Below are positions 52,062 to 64,000 of a stretch of DNA of 64,000 bases, one piece after another. Below the pieces are notes generated by a model, which was given only the letters and a program-made list of their open reading frames with translations, was not told the DNA's origin and did no database searches. Location of the stretch: positions 31,992,001 through 32,056,000 of the forward strand of contig OX597833.1 in assembly GCA_951406725.2 (NCBI GenBank), given 5' to 3'. Numbering within the stretch: position 1 is the stretch's first letter; each line of letters starts with the position of its first letter. Made by a program: the position numbers and the translations under genes. The stretch comes from Octopus vulgaris (Eukaryota).

Positions 52062-52998
52062 ATTTATTCGATAAATGGACCAGGTTATTATAAGAAAATG
52101 TCTCAAGATTGAACGTGTTTTTTTTTTGTTTGGCTCCAATTGTTGATGTTATAGTTGTTATCATTTGTAGTCATCGTCGTAATCGTGTTGTTGATATTTG
52201 ATTTCAACTTGTTTGTTTTTGTTTTTCTTCCATTTATTAATTTACACTGTTTCTTAACAACTAAAAAAAAAAGTAAATGACTGATCGCAGCAGCAGCAGC
52301 ACTGCCATCACTTCTTACTACTATAGATGCTGCAGCTACACCCCCACCACCACCAAAACCACCAGATGTCGAACAGATGTCTAGATGTACAGATGACATC
52401 TGACTGAAATGATAGTGTCTCAGCCTGTTGATAGATTGACTGTTATAGATATTGCTGCTTAGCTTCAAGGTAACTATGACTGAACAAATCCATGATTAAA
52501 GGTATACCATCCATGACCAGCCATCCTGTTTTTCTAAGTATAGGGAGCTCAAGACCACATTATTCAACGTCACCATATTTTTAAAGACTATAACACGTGA
52601 TTTTAGGGAGACTTGGTGGCTATTTCTAGTAGGTCGATCGATCACATTGAGGCACCTTTGACTGAGAGCTTCATAGTTTGAATGCAATTACTTACAGTGT
52701 TCCTAGTTAAGGCTAAAGTTGTTTTTCGCTATGAGGTGGTGAAGATGCGACAGCAGTAGCGGTGGCAGTGGCATCGGTAGCCGAAGTGGTGCATATTACT
52801 GAATTTTCACATTAATTCAAAGACGTCACAAGTTTGCAAGAGGTGGAAGATGCAATCATTTATTCAATAAATGGACCAGGTTTTTTTATAAGAAAATGTC
52901 TCAAGACTGAACGTTTTTTTTTTGTTTGGCTCTACTTGTTGATGTTATAGTTGTTATCATTGTAGTCATCATCGTAATCGTGTTGTTGATATTTGATT
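52062..52998. repeat. Dispersed ~140 bp direct repeat (52062-52203 and 52858-52998)
   Basis: Both copies read ATTTATTC.ATAAATGGACCAGGTT...GTCTCAAGA.TGAACG...CGTAATCGTGTTGTTGATATTTGATT with scattered differences. Confidence 0.85.
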
Positions 52999-53080
52999 GA
53001 ATGAAGCCTCCACAAATAATGCATGCTTGCTATTTATTTGATCGATCGCAATATATGATATATATGATTGGTACTTGTGA

Positions 53081-53400
53081 AGGCGCATAGCCCAGGCTAG
53101 AGCGTCGGGTTCACAATCATGAAATAGTGAGCTCGATTCCCGTACCGGGCTGTTTCTTGTGTTCTTGAGCAAGACACTTTATTTCACGTTGCTCCAAAAA
53201 TGATTTGCGACGTCACTGTTACCAAGCTGTATCGGCCTTTACCTTTTCCTTAGATAACATCGGTGGCGTGGAGAGGGAAGGCTGATATGCATGGCTGGCT
53301 GCTGGTCTTCCGTAAACAACCTTTCCCGGACTTGTGCCTCGGAAGGGAACTTTCTGCAGTCCCATGGTCATTCATGACCGAGCGGTGTCTTTAGCCTTTA
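53081..53400 (+). mobile_element. tRNA-derived SINE with V-like body and a distinct 3' tail
   Basis: Degenerate head ending GCTCGATTCCC, then TTGAGCAAGACACTTTATTTCACGTTGCTCCA (shared with 56820); tail related to the fragment near 2020-2160. Confidence 0.65.
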
Positions 53401-53699
53401 TGATTGGTGCTTAATTTATCGATCAGAATGTAATGAAAAATAAAGCTGACATTCCAATTAAAATAATCGTTTAATCAGAGGAAGAACAGGCCCCTGGACT
53501 TTTTCCAAATCCTTCGTGACTAGTAAGAGGGGGATTCTGTTAAAGGAGCACAAGAGCCAGATAATGTGTTAAGCCGGGCAACAGATTAAGGCTACCACTC
53601 AGTAACAGTTTCCGTCTTCTAATTTTCATTCAGAATGTTTTGGGTCGAATATAGTAGAATACACCCGTACAAGGTAACACACGGTGGGATTGAACCCGA

Positions 53700-53900
53700 A
53701 GCTGAAACCAGACAGGATTTCCCCTTCCAAGTGAATGCACGTGAGGCATCATCTTGTTGCCAAGCATGTCCAGATACGAATCACTTGTCACAGAGCCCTC
53801 AGAATAAAATGGTCCAATTACTTGATTGTGCCAATCCCAAACCACACCATTACCTGGCCTCTGCCTTGTTGATTATCTGCCTCCATTCAACGAGGACTGG
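53700..53900 (-). pseudogene. Tc1/mariner superfamily transposase fragment
   Basis: VW...VIGPFYSEGSVTSDSYLDML...P......PVWFQ matches the segment preceding the second catalytic Asp. Confidence 0.6.
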
Positions 53901-56741
53901 TTTGTGAGTAATATCGGCAGTTGTGAAAAGAGATTGAAAAAGAGAATGTTAGCAATTTCACACATTGCAGGATGGTGCGTGACTTTATGACAACACTGTA
54001 GATCTATTTATTAGACAACATCAGTTTACGACAGAGCCTTTTGCTCTTCATCGAAAATAAGAGGAACATAAAAATTTCCTCTTCTTTACGGTAAGCAAAT
54101 TTATTTCACTATTGAACTCTGTATTTATGGCTTAGACAAGAAGGACAGTTCCATGGATCCCCTTCAGGGTCTCCGAAACTGGCGGAAGGAAGGAAAAAGT
54201 TATCCTTGGAGGGGACACATTCCCAGAATGGAACAATCTGGACTTCACTCAAGGTACTCAAGTATTAAAGCGGGCAGTGGGTTAAGTCAACCACCCAAAG
54301 GATTTACTCCTGTCATGAAATAATTTCTGCAATTTCACCACTCTATTGCCAATATTTATTTTAGCGGTCCCGGAGATGGGTTGAAATGTAGGCCACAAGT
54401 TCTAACAAACTAGATCCTAAAAGGCATTCTTTTTATTGTCACCCACGCCCACAATTTTTGTTATTTCATACAATGGGGTTTTTGTTTCATTTTATTGTTT
54501 TTTACCATATTGGTAGAGTACTATTTACTTTGTGGGCGGGTACCTTTTGAATATTTGGTTGGTATTTGTTTCATAGATTTCATTGGAATGTAAATAAATA
54601 AATAAAATAATAGTGGCTTCTGTGGGGTTTGAACTGAGAATGTGAAAAGAAGTTTAAAAAATTGTAATATACTTCGTTTTATGCTCTCCCGACTCTCCCA
54701 ACTGACGTTGTCAACCATGTTATTTAACTTCTAATAGAAAGGTTATTTAGTTACTCTTTTTGCTTGTTCGCAAATACATCATTATGAAGTAGCCAGTTAT
54801 ATGCCTAGAAACTGACGTTGTTAACGATGTTGTTGTTTGGTCCTAAAACGTCCCAGGTCAAAGAGATTTTCGGTCAAAGACGTTCCTTCCAGCTTTTTTC
54901 AGTCCTCGTGTTCCTTGGACATTATCCAATGTATTCATTTTATAAAATAGCGACGATAAGTAATTTTAGAGAGAGAGAGAAAGAGAGGAAAGGAGGGGAG
55001 AAAAAGAAAGAAAGGGAAAGAAAGAGAGAGAGAGGGGGAAAGAAAGACAGAAAGAGAAACAAAGAGAGTTAACTGGTCTTTCTACTAGATCAGTCAACCA
55101 GTTTGAAGTCTCCCTCTTTGACTTGTAAACTGTTGATGTTGTTAATTCTACCAATTGACACAGCAGGCTATATATTATTTAACAGTAGTATTTTTGTATT
55201 TTTCCCTCTTAACAACAAGATCAAATATACTTGCTTATCTGAAAGAAAGAAAAAGAAAAAGCCTAACCCTCATACCACCCAGATTCCTGATATATTTCAA
55301 ATTTAGCTTAGAATGCTTCTCCCACTAAGATTCCCCGCCCCCCGACAACTACGTAGCTGCTATGGTGGTGGTGGTTTGGCAAGACATTTCTTTCAAATTA
55401 CATGACTGATTTCAGAATAAACGGTAGGTTACAGATATGACGTCATTCCACAATTGTCTGACGAGTAAAGAGCTAATTCGTATGTCATTAGTGGAAATTT
55501 TTTTCTTTGTAATCGTATGAGAAGGGTAGCGGCCATGAACCTTTTCAGGGACACTGTGACTGGGGGTGATGGTGCGGTAGTGAAGGCGACAACACTATCC
55601 TGACAACAGTATTCTCGACAGTAACTTATCAACAGAGTGGACTCAATGAAAGAAAAACAAAGGCCAAGTGGAGAGAGGATTAAACTAAGTGACAGATACA
55701 AAAAGATACAGATTGTTCTCGAGTCATATAAACTGATTGGGCTGTTTTCTTGGGTTCCGTGGCGTATATATTCCCCGCTGGATGGGACGCCCGTCTGTTG
55801 CAAGAATATTCATTTTTGCCACGTTTTGAATCAACGTGAAAGAAAGTGTTTTGCTCAAAAACACACACAATATTACGATCATAAGTCCAATGCCCTAACT
55901 GCTAAGCCATGAGCTCCCACGATATTAGGTCTACTCTATGTTATTCTATACTTCATGTTATGTCATTTATTGTCCTGACAGGGTAATCAGAGTGATAACT
56001 AGTTGTCCGCTAACAAACGAGATCTCTACAGTTGATGGTGTACGTCGCTATGCACGTGTGTGTGTGTATAAGCATATATATATACTTGAATAATATAAAT
56101 GTATAATACATATATGTATATGTGTGTGTATGTATATGCGTGTGTGTGTGTATATATATATATGTATGTGTCCGTACCATCTAGGTATTATACACACACG
56201 CATAGGAATTTATGTATGTATGCATGTAGGTAACATACGTATATAACATATTGCAACTTTGTTTCGAGTAATCCCATCGCCTGGTTGTTCTCTTAAACAA
56301 GAGTAGTACGGATGTGAATTTTCAGTCCTGGCCAGGAACATACACTCTTTTGTACAGATGTGGCAACAATATGTGTCTCACCCATTAAATGTTCAGAGAC
56401 GCATGCCTTCATTCCATCATAAAATATTCCATTGATGTTTTGCCTTTTTCGGCCACGTCTAGTTCTACGAAGCAGTACATAATAGAGATGTTAAAAATCG
56501 AGCGACGCCTGTTTGGAGCCTATTAAAGTGAAAAAAAAAGGTGTTGCACAGGGTTAATCCTACTCTTTAAACAATGTGTGCATTTGCTTTTGATGCAACC
56601 GAAGTCGCAAGTGTTTTCCTCCTCCCAGAGAGATGTATAAACAAAGACTAGGTAGGGGTCTCTGCTGTTGAATGGCCATTGACTCAACTGAGTTCATCCG
56701 TCCTTTGACAATTTTTTTATTTCGTACCGTGGGGTGTCCAA

Positions 56742-57064
56742 GGTGCGTGGCTTAGTAGTTAGGGTATTCGACTCACGATCATAAGGCCGTGACTTCGATT
56801 CCCGGCGGCGCGTTGTGTTATTGAGCAAAAAAACTTTATTTCATGATGCTCCAGTTCACTCAGCTGGCAAAAATGAGTTGTACCTGTATTTCAGAGGGTC
56901 GGCCTTGTCACTTTCTATGTCATACTGAATCTCCCTGAGAATTACGTTAAGGGTACGCATGTCTGTGGAGTGCTCATCTATTTGCACGTTAATTTTACGA
57001 GCAGGTTGTTCCGTTGATCAGATCAACTGGGGACCCTTGTCTTCGCAACCTACACCGTGTGCCA
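56742..57064 (+). mobile_element. tRNA-derived SINE related to family C
   Basis: GTGGCTTAGTAGTTAGGG A box-like, CTTCGATTCCC B box-like, V-like body, and a tail shared with 47700-47860. Confidence 0.75.
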
Positions 57065-57269
57065 GTGTAGAGTGTCCAGCGAAAACCATCTTCCTTATCA
57101 AGTTGGCTAGGTAAGAAAGCCTGTTTAGTCGCCGACAGCCCGAACATGCAAAAAGTTCTACTTGTAACACTAAGAGTGACCCGACATATGTGTGTGTGTG
57201 TGTGTGTGTGTATGTATACATATGCATCTCTTTCTTTCTTTCTCTCTCCCCTCTCTCTCTGTATATATC

Positions 57270-57560
57270 CTTCAGTGTCTAGTATGCGCTGAACAACATT
57301 TGTAATGAGTGGAATGTGTCCACAAATCCTCTCTTTGGTCATGAGGTGTTTTGAACCACCACTAGAAACTTGGTATTCGAACCGCCAGAGTGCTCTTGAA
57401 TTCTTTCATATTCCAGGTTTCAGATTCACAGAGAAGAATGTTCTCTATATATGTCATGAAGGCCAGTCTTGTTGACTTCGAAATTACCAGATACTGCAAA
57501 GCTTGTTACAGGCACTTCATGTCCTTCGCATGTCAGCAAGTTTTCCTTACGGTCCTATGT
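57270..57560 (-). pseudogene. Old RTE LINE fragment
   Basis: ENILLCESETW and TKERICGHIPLITNVV align with EPILLYGSETW and TKMQIYGKLPPVSSLV of the RTE at 36391-36741. Confidence 0.55.
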
Positions 57561-57860
57561 TGCAAATAGCCAACAGGCTTATTGAAAATAATTAATGACA
57601 GTAGCAGTATTAATATCAAAAGGTAACCTTTATATCCAACTTAACGTGAATGTCTTGCTAGAGCGTCAAATACTTCTTTATTTATCTTGAGAGGATCTCT
57701 CATATAGACGCATGGTGTATAAAAATACAATACTGCCTCTGTCGCTAATAATTATTTTCTGATAAGCCTATTGGCTGTCTGCGACATCACTACCTGAACG
57801 GGCACTGAAATCCCATATATCGCTAGCAGTGAGATTGGGCTGTATACGGCTACCAGACGT

Positions 57861-57906
57861 CTGCCACTGAGGAGATGGTGCACGTCGAAATCAAGTGATC
57901 TGGCAG
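57861..57906 (+). ncRNA. Canonical type I hammerhead ribozyme at the tip of a long hairpin (57817-57948)
   Basis: CTGCCA-CTGAGGA-GATG-GTGCA-CGTC-GAAA-TCAAGTGA-TC-TGGCAG: all core nucleotides present, stems I, II and III pair, G10.1-C11.1 intact, predicted cleavage after AUC at 57900. Confidence 0.85.
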
Positions 57907-58148
57907 TTCTGGCACCCGTAGTAGCCGATTCTCGTCTGCCAGCGATATGAGTATTTATGCTTTTATGCACCATTCATCCATATGAATGTCGTCTCAAGGT
58001 AAATTACGCTGTGTTAGGAACTCTAACAATACGCCTACGTTAAGTTGGATATAAAGATTGCCTTTTGATATTGACATTGCTTCTGTATTTATGTATGTAT
58101 GTATTGCATATATGTATGTATATGCATATTTTTATATATATGCATATG

Positions 58149-58211
<63 letters not shown>

Positions 58212-58241
58212 GCATATACACACATACATATATATATATAA

Positions 58242-58328
<87 letters not shown>

Positions 58329-58330
<2 letters not shown>

Positions 58331-58828
58331 AATTGAGATAGGGGTTGTAAATGCAACTCTCTATGGGATAACGTATATCCAATATACTGCTAGTGAAGTA
58401 CCCAACAAAGTTAATACATAAATGTTAATGATTGCGATGCAATCAATCCATTTACTGTATTATATGGGCAGAGGTAAAATGATTTACCACAAATTACTAA
58501 TACAAGATAAGAAAATGACCAACCATAAAGGACTAATATTGGTAAAATGAGACATAATTATCGACATGGCCGAAACAGCTGTAAGATCTAATTTATACTT
58601 ATATTTATATTTTCTTGTATTTATATTCTCTTTTATATATATTCTTCTTATTATACAACATTACTCTTTTATGTACACTTTTTTATGTACATTCCTTTAT
58701 GTACACTGATTTGTTCTGCTTTTTATATTTAACCCTACAGTCTCTTATGTGGTGATTCAATAAAGTATGTGATTGAGTATTATCTGGTAATTGATATTTG
58801 ATTTAGATGTATTTCTCCATTTTCTTAT

Positions 58829-58830
<2 letters not shown>
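58329..58830 (+). mobile_element. PLE-like remnant between (TA)n tracts, with the 3' half of a hammerhead
   Basis: GGCCGAAACAGCTGTAAGATC at 58568-58588 (palindromic stem III, no CUGANGA half); AAGATAAGAAAATG near 58505 is the reverse complement of the terminal CATTTTCTTATCTT. Confidence 0.5.
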
Positions 58831-58865
<35 letters not shown>

Positions 58866-60191
58866 ATAAATATAAATATATATGTATATATATGTGTGTG
58901 TATATGTATATACATATATGTCTATATACAAATGCATTTGTGTATATTTATATAAGTATATACATATGTATATGTATTTATGTGTGTGTGTCTACGCGTG
59001 CTCACGCACGCACTCTCTTTCTCACACACGTACACTCACCCACACTCTCACAGAGAAACAGTCACTTCACCAAGGTCGTATCGAATTCTCATAGGACAGT
59101 CTTTGTATGTATCAATGTACGACATCACTGTGTTGCAACATGTTACAACATGTTGCCGACGGATATTATATTTTCTTAATGACTTGCAAAAAAAAAAAAA
59201 ACTATGCAAACATTAAATGGTTTTGTTACGTAGTGCAGGTCAATCTGACATGTGTAAGTGGATAAATGCTTGGCGGCGCTGTACGAGTTCCTTTTGAAGG
59301 TTAACCCTCCTCTTATCTTGCATACATGTTGTTCGTTTCAGACAATTTTCTACATATATGCACTAAATTAGGTGTTGGACGCAAAATGTCACCCGGTGAA
59401 CATAACAGCTGATTCAAGGGTACCTTTAGCAGAGGATAACTTCCTCTTGTCCTTCAACCAGCTTGAAAGCTCTGTAGCATCTGTAGAAATTCCTAGTTAG
59501 GTAATGATTTGAGAGCTATATCTTCCCGCAGTTGACCACTTCAATGAAAATTGGTGTAGTGGATCAATGAAAAATGGTGTAGTGGATCAAATAGGGCTAG
59601 GGAGAAGTGAAGTCAGCCATACAATTTTTAACGCCTGCCAACTACTCATGAGCAAAGCTGTCGTTAAAAGATGTCCATAATCAAATTGTATAGGGTGTTA
59701 GTGGAGAGGATGCACAACAACGATAGAGTGAGAATACTATGAGAGCTAAGTAAGAAATGACATGCAGCCCTTTTCTGGATGGCATGCATCTGAACATCAT
59801 CAAGAAATAAAATATTCCAAAATCTTTTATCAAATCTCGGAAGAGTACATTGAACGAATGCGTTTGGGATACAAGGTGATCCCTATAAAAAAACAAAACA
59901 AAAAAAAACAAAAAAAGCAAGAACAAAGCAGGAAAACAATTTCACCTACACCCCAATATTCTTCAGAGACATGTCCAAAACGGATTTATATAAAACGGTA
60001 GCTGTCACATATGTAGAAGGGATCCAATCGCCAACGAAGTATCTCACGAGAATCAACTGGCCATACCTATGCAATAAATGGAAGCTTCCGATGAGCCGAG
60101 TCCATTTGAGAAGGGTTTTCTTATTTTACAGAACATCTTTCATTTCCCTAACGTCACTAAATGCGTGGCGTGAATACTACAACTTAACCTA

Positions 60192-60420
60192 TTTCTTTAT
60201 TACCCACAAGGGGCTAAACACAGAGGGGACATACAAGGACAGACATAGGTATTAAGTCGATTACATCGACCCCAGTGCGTAACTGGTACTTAATTTATCG
60301 ACCCCGAAAGGATGAAAGGCAAAGTCGACCTCAGCGGAATTTGAACTCACAACGTTGCGCCAGACGAAATACCGCTAAGCATTTCGCCCGGCACGCTAAC
60401 GTTTCTGCCAGCTCGCCGCC
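60192..60420 (-). mobile_element. Family-B SINE, full length, with target-site duplication
   Basis: Flanked by ACTACAACTTAACC at 60176-60189 and 60425-60438, with a further copy at 60445-60458. Confidence 0.88.
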
Positions 60421-61059
60421 TTACACTACAACTTAACCATTTATACTACAACTTAACCATTTACTTTTCTACAGATCAAGTGAAACTTTGTGCTCGTACA
60501 TTAATCATATAATACTTCCACCATCGTCGCCGCCGCCGCCGCCGCCGCCATCCTCCTTCCCCCTCCCCCTCCCCCGCCTCCTTCCCTCCCCCCGCATCCC
60601 CTCCCCCGCATCCCCTCCCCCCACATCCCCTCCCCCCTCCTCTTTAACTTAATCAGTACCACATAGTCATCACTACCACTATTGTCGCCTTGATCGTCTC
60701 CCCATAATTGTCGTCATCATAGTCGTTGTCATAGCCGCCGCCGTCATCGTTGTTGTCACATGATAGCTGCATCATAATTTGTTGACCAAACAAAAGAAAA
60801 ATAAAATGTTATTGTACAATCTTCTCCATAACTTCTACAACACATCATCTACACTGCATTCCTCAACTTCCTTAACCACCACTCACCGCTCCTTCTCTCA
60901 ATATGACACTGCTAGATAACGTAAACTCAATGTACAGGAGTGGTTTGTTGTGACGAAGTGTGGTGATTGCGTTTCAGTGGAAATTCCCTTTCGGGTTTGA
61001 TATGAAAATTAAGCAGATTCCAGCATTTCTGTGAGGAGTAGGGGGGAAATGTACCACAC

Positions 61060-61122
<63 letters not shown>

Positions 61123-61194
61123 ACATGCATTCAAACATACTTCAAACACTGAACCCAGGGTCCCACCACCGGATGTAGTTTAGAGTCATATCCA

Positions 61195-62655
61195 TACAGT
61201 GGAGTGCCTATGGAAAGGAGGGGTGATAGTGATTGAATGGTTAGCGAGGCTTATGAATGTTTGCTATATGGATAGAAGAATACCAAAGGACTGGTGCAGT
61301 GCCTGTATAGTGCTACTGCACAAGAGGAAAGGAGATAAATGTGAGTGTGAAAATTTTAGGGGTATAAGTCTGTTGTGTGTGGTTAGTAAACTGAATGGGA
61401 GAATATTTGTATTAAGGCAGATGTGTGAGAAGGGAGGGGTGTATACTAGGCCTTTATGGACCCAGAGAAGGCACATGACCGTGTGGATAAGGATACAATG
61501 TGCAGGTTGTATGGAGTAGATGGTAGATTGTTGAGAGCGGTACAGGATTTTTATAGAGAAAACGGCGTGCGTTAGGGTAGGTGGTGAAGTGGTTTAATGT
61601 GGAGGTGGGTTTAAGACAGGCTTGTGTGATGTCCGTGGCTGTTTAATTTATATATGGATGGTGTGGTGAGAGAGGGGAATGCTAGAACCTTTGGTAGGGG
61701 AACCCTGATGGTGGGAGGAAATGGAGAGAAATGGCAGGCGAGTCAGTTGTTGTTTGCTGATGATATAGCACTGGTGGCGGATTCGGAAGAGCAACTGAGG
61801 AGACTGGCGTTAGTGTTTGGAAGAGTGTGTGAGAGAAGGAAACTGAAAGTGAATGTAAGCTAAGAGTAAGGTGATGAGATGTTCGAGATATGGAATGGTT
61901 GGTAGGATGAATGTGAATATAATTGGTGAGAGGAAGTGAGTGTCTTTAAGTATCTGGGATCACAAGTGACGGCGGATGGGGGTATTGGTTGAGGAAGTAG
62001 GATATAGAGTGAGGAGGGGAGTAAGATACTTGGAGTTGTGAAAGGTATGCTGAGAGATATGAAAGCAAAAAGAGGTGTGTATGAGGGCATGGTTGTGCCG
62101 ACAATGTTATATGGTGCAGAGACGTGGGGTCTGAGAGAGGCGGAAAGGAGGCGACTAGATGTGTTTGAGATGAGATGTTTGAGGGCTATGGTTGGTGTGA
62201 CACGGATGGACAGGATGAGGGATGAGGAGGTGCGAAGGCGAGCAGGAATGAGCGAAAATCTATGTACCAGAATAGAGAGACGATTGTTGAGGTGGGGTTT
62301 GGCCACATGGAGAGGAGGGCGAGAAAGGTAGAAGTGGTAGGCAGCTGAACCAGAGGCAGACCTCGGTTTGTGTGGATGGATGGAGTGCGAAAAACTTTGG
62401 TGGTGAGAGGTGTTGGCGTGAGAGAGAGACGAGAGAGTTTATAAATGATAGGAACGCTTGGAGAGTTTGTGGCGGGGGTAAAACCAGCATATTCTGTCGG
62501 GCCCCGCTGCTGATATCGGGGGTTGCTTTCTATGTTTTGATCCGAGCATAGGACGGGGCTCGCCTCTTTGAACTGGGAAATGAATGGAATGCCTGGTGTG
62601 TGTCTTGTGGTTACCTCCTCCTATGAGGAATAGGCATTAGTAAATATAAAAAAAT
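61195..62655 (+). pseudogene. 5'-truncated, degenerate RTE-clade LINE (RT and C-terminus)
   Basis: IPKDW...HKRKGDKCECENFRGISLL, LFNLYMDGVVRE, QLLFADDIALVA, FKYLGS, VVPTMLYGAETW, RLDVFEMRCLR; many indels. Confidence 0.88.
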
Positions 62656-62737
62656 TCGAGGCTCCGATGACGCTATATTCAGGCACTCAACTATGAGTGC
62701 GCTGTATCTTATAACAGAAACAACTGTAAGCTAATGA

Positions 62738-62845
62738 AGTTCATAATATTTTTCTCTGTCACCCCATTTTATTACCGGTCTATACTCGTCTAACACTTCG
62801 CTCTAAAGCATACATATATTGAGTTCTATAACATGTTATTATTCT

Positions 62846-62894
<49 letters not shown>

Positions 62895-62998
62895 GTTCAT
62901 AATATTTTTCTCTGTCACCCCATTTTATTACCGGTCTATACTCGTCTAACACTTCGCTCTAAAGCATACATATATTGAGTTCTATAACATGTTATTAT

Positions 62999-63075
<77 letters not shown>
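62738..63075. repeat. Tandem duplication of a ~110 bp unique segment plus (TC)n(TA)n
   Basis: AGTTCATAATATTTTTCTCTGTCACCCC...GTTATTATTCTATCTC is identical at 62738 and 62894. Confidence 0.9.
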
Positions 63076-63078
<3 letters not shown>

Positions 63079-63290
63079 GTAGCTCCTTCATAATTAGTGA
63101 TTTATATCATTATAGTCCAATGTATATATATATATATACTTTGGGTATGGTAGATGAGTTCAGCAAAAATTTAGATTCAGATGAATATGGTACTTAAGTT
63201 GAGGCACCAGAATTTAGTACGGTATTATTCATACAATTTCAAAGTAAGATGATTAACATCAAAATAAGCAACAAGGATATCCTAAGGTAA

Positions 63291-63377
63291 TGCAGTACGA
63301 TCGTTTCATGCAACTCCATTTAATTGAACAATGCAATCATTATATCAATTTAAAATGCAGAGCAATCTTCAGCTGCA
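63291..63377 (-). ncRNA. Type I hammerhead motif with long stem II, inside a probable decayed PLE (63139-64000)
   Basis: Minus strand TGCAG-CTGAAGA-TTGCTC...AATTGA...TCAATT...GAGTTGCAT-GAAA-CGATCG-TA-CTGCA; 5 bp stem I, palindromic stem III; U-U at 10.1-11.1. Confidence 0.7.
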
Positions 63378-64000
63378 CAAAGACATTGAATTTAATTAAA
63401 TTAGAACAGATGGACACATTAGTATAATTATACCTAAAATCTCCAAGATGTTAAGGAGATAGACAAAGAACATGCTGTCTCACTCCAGTTTAGAAGTTAC
63501 TGAATTTTCAAGAAGATATACATTGTTACAGACTCTGCCTGTCACTGACTTTTTTGTCTTTACGGGGTCAGTTTTAATTTATAGACTAGTTTATCAAATC
63601 CCTTATATATCTAAGGCTGAGAGAACAGAGGGCAGTATCTGTTAGGGGTATAGCTGAAGTTGCAGACAGACATCATAGTTGGTATAGTCATAAAAATCAA
63701 GATTTATTCGAAGCAATATCATGCGGTTTGGTAAAGGAAAACTTAAAACAAGATGTTAGGGGGTCTCTCACTAGCAGACCATTGATAATGAAACAAGGAA
63801 AGTCTTATCATGTAGTACTATAGTTAAATATTTTAAACAATGCTGCTATATTGTATACAGTTAAAGTTTAGGGTTATTCAAAGGATTATTGAGAAGAATA
63901 CTATAACAATAGGATAGAAATTTATGAATACTTTTCAATATTACACCAAACTTTACCACAGTAGAGGGAGGAAAAGAAATTATCCTGAAATTGTTTAATA

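Overview
This is repeat-dominated, AT-rich eukaryotic DNA. The (TA)n/(TACA)n microsatellites and SINE families resemble those of an octopus/cephalopod genome, which is an inference from pattern recognition. I see no intact protein-coding gene, and most listed ORFs are microsatellite or satellite artefacts. Mobile elements include a Neptune-type Penelope (PLE) RT/GIY-YIG remnant and many short PLE-like fold-back insertions, a near full-length decayed RTE LINE, other RTE, R4/Dong and CR1-like fragments, a complete mariner with TIRs, a non-autonomous LTR element, a non-autonomous Helitron and several tRNA-derived SINEs. A 10.6 kb array of a 155-157 bp G-rich satellite shows 13-14-mer higher-order structure, and a 385 bp tandem repeat follows it. 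The most notable signal is a set of hammerhead ribozyme (HHR) motifs from several unrelated sequence families. One is a canonical type I HHR (57861-57906) at the tip of a ~130 nt rod-like hairpin with no adjacent PLE ORF, which looks retrozyme/viroid-like. In two elements HHRs are duplicated on both strands by inverted repeats. Two candidate minus-strand exons (44555-44866 non-coding; 9167-9512 with ATG) suggest the window may lie in the 5' introns of a host gene. All folds and alignments were done by eye, not computed.
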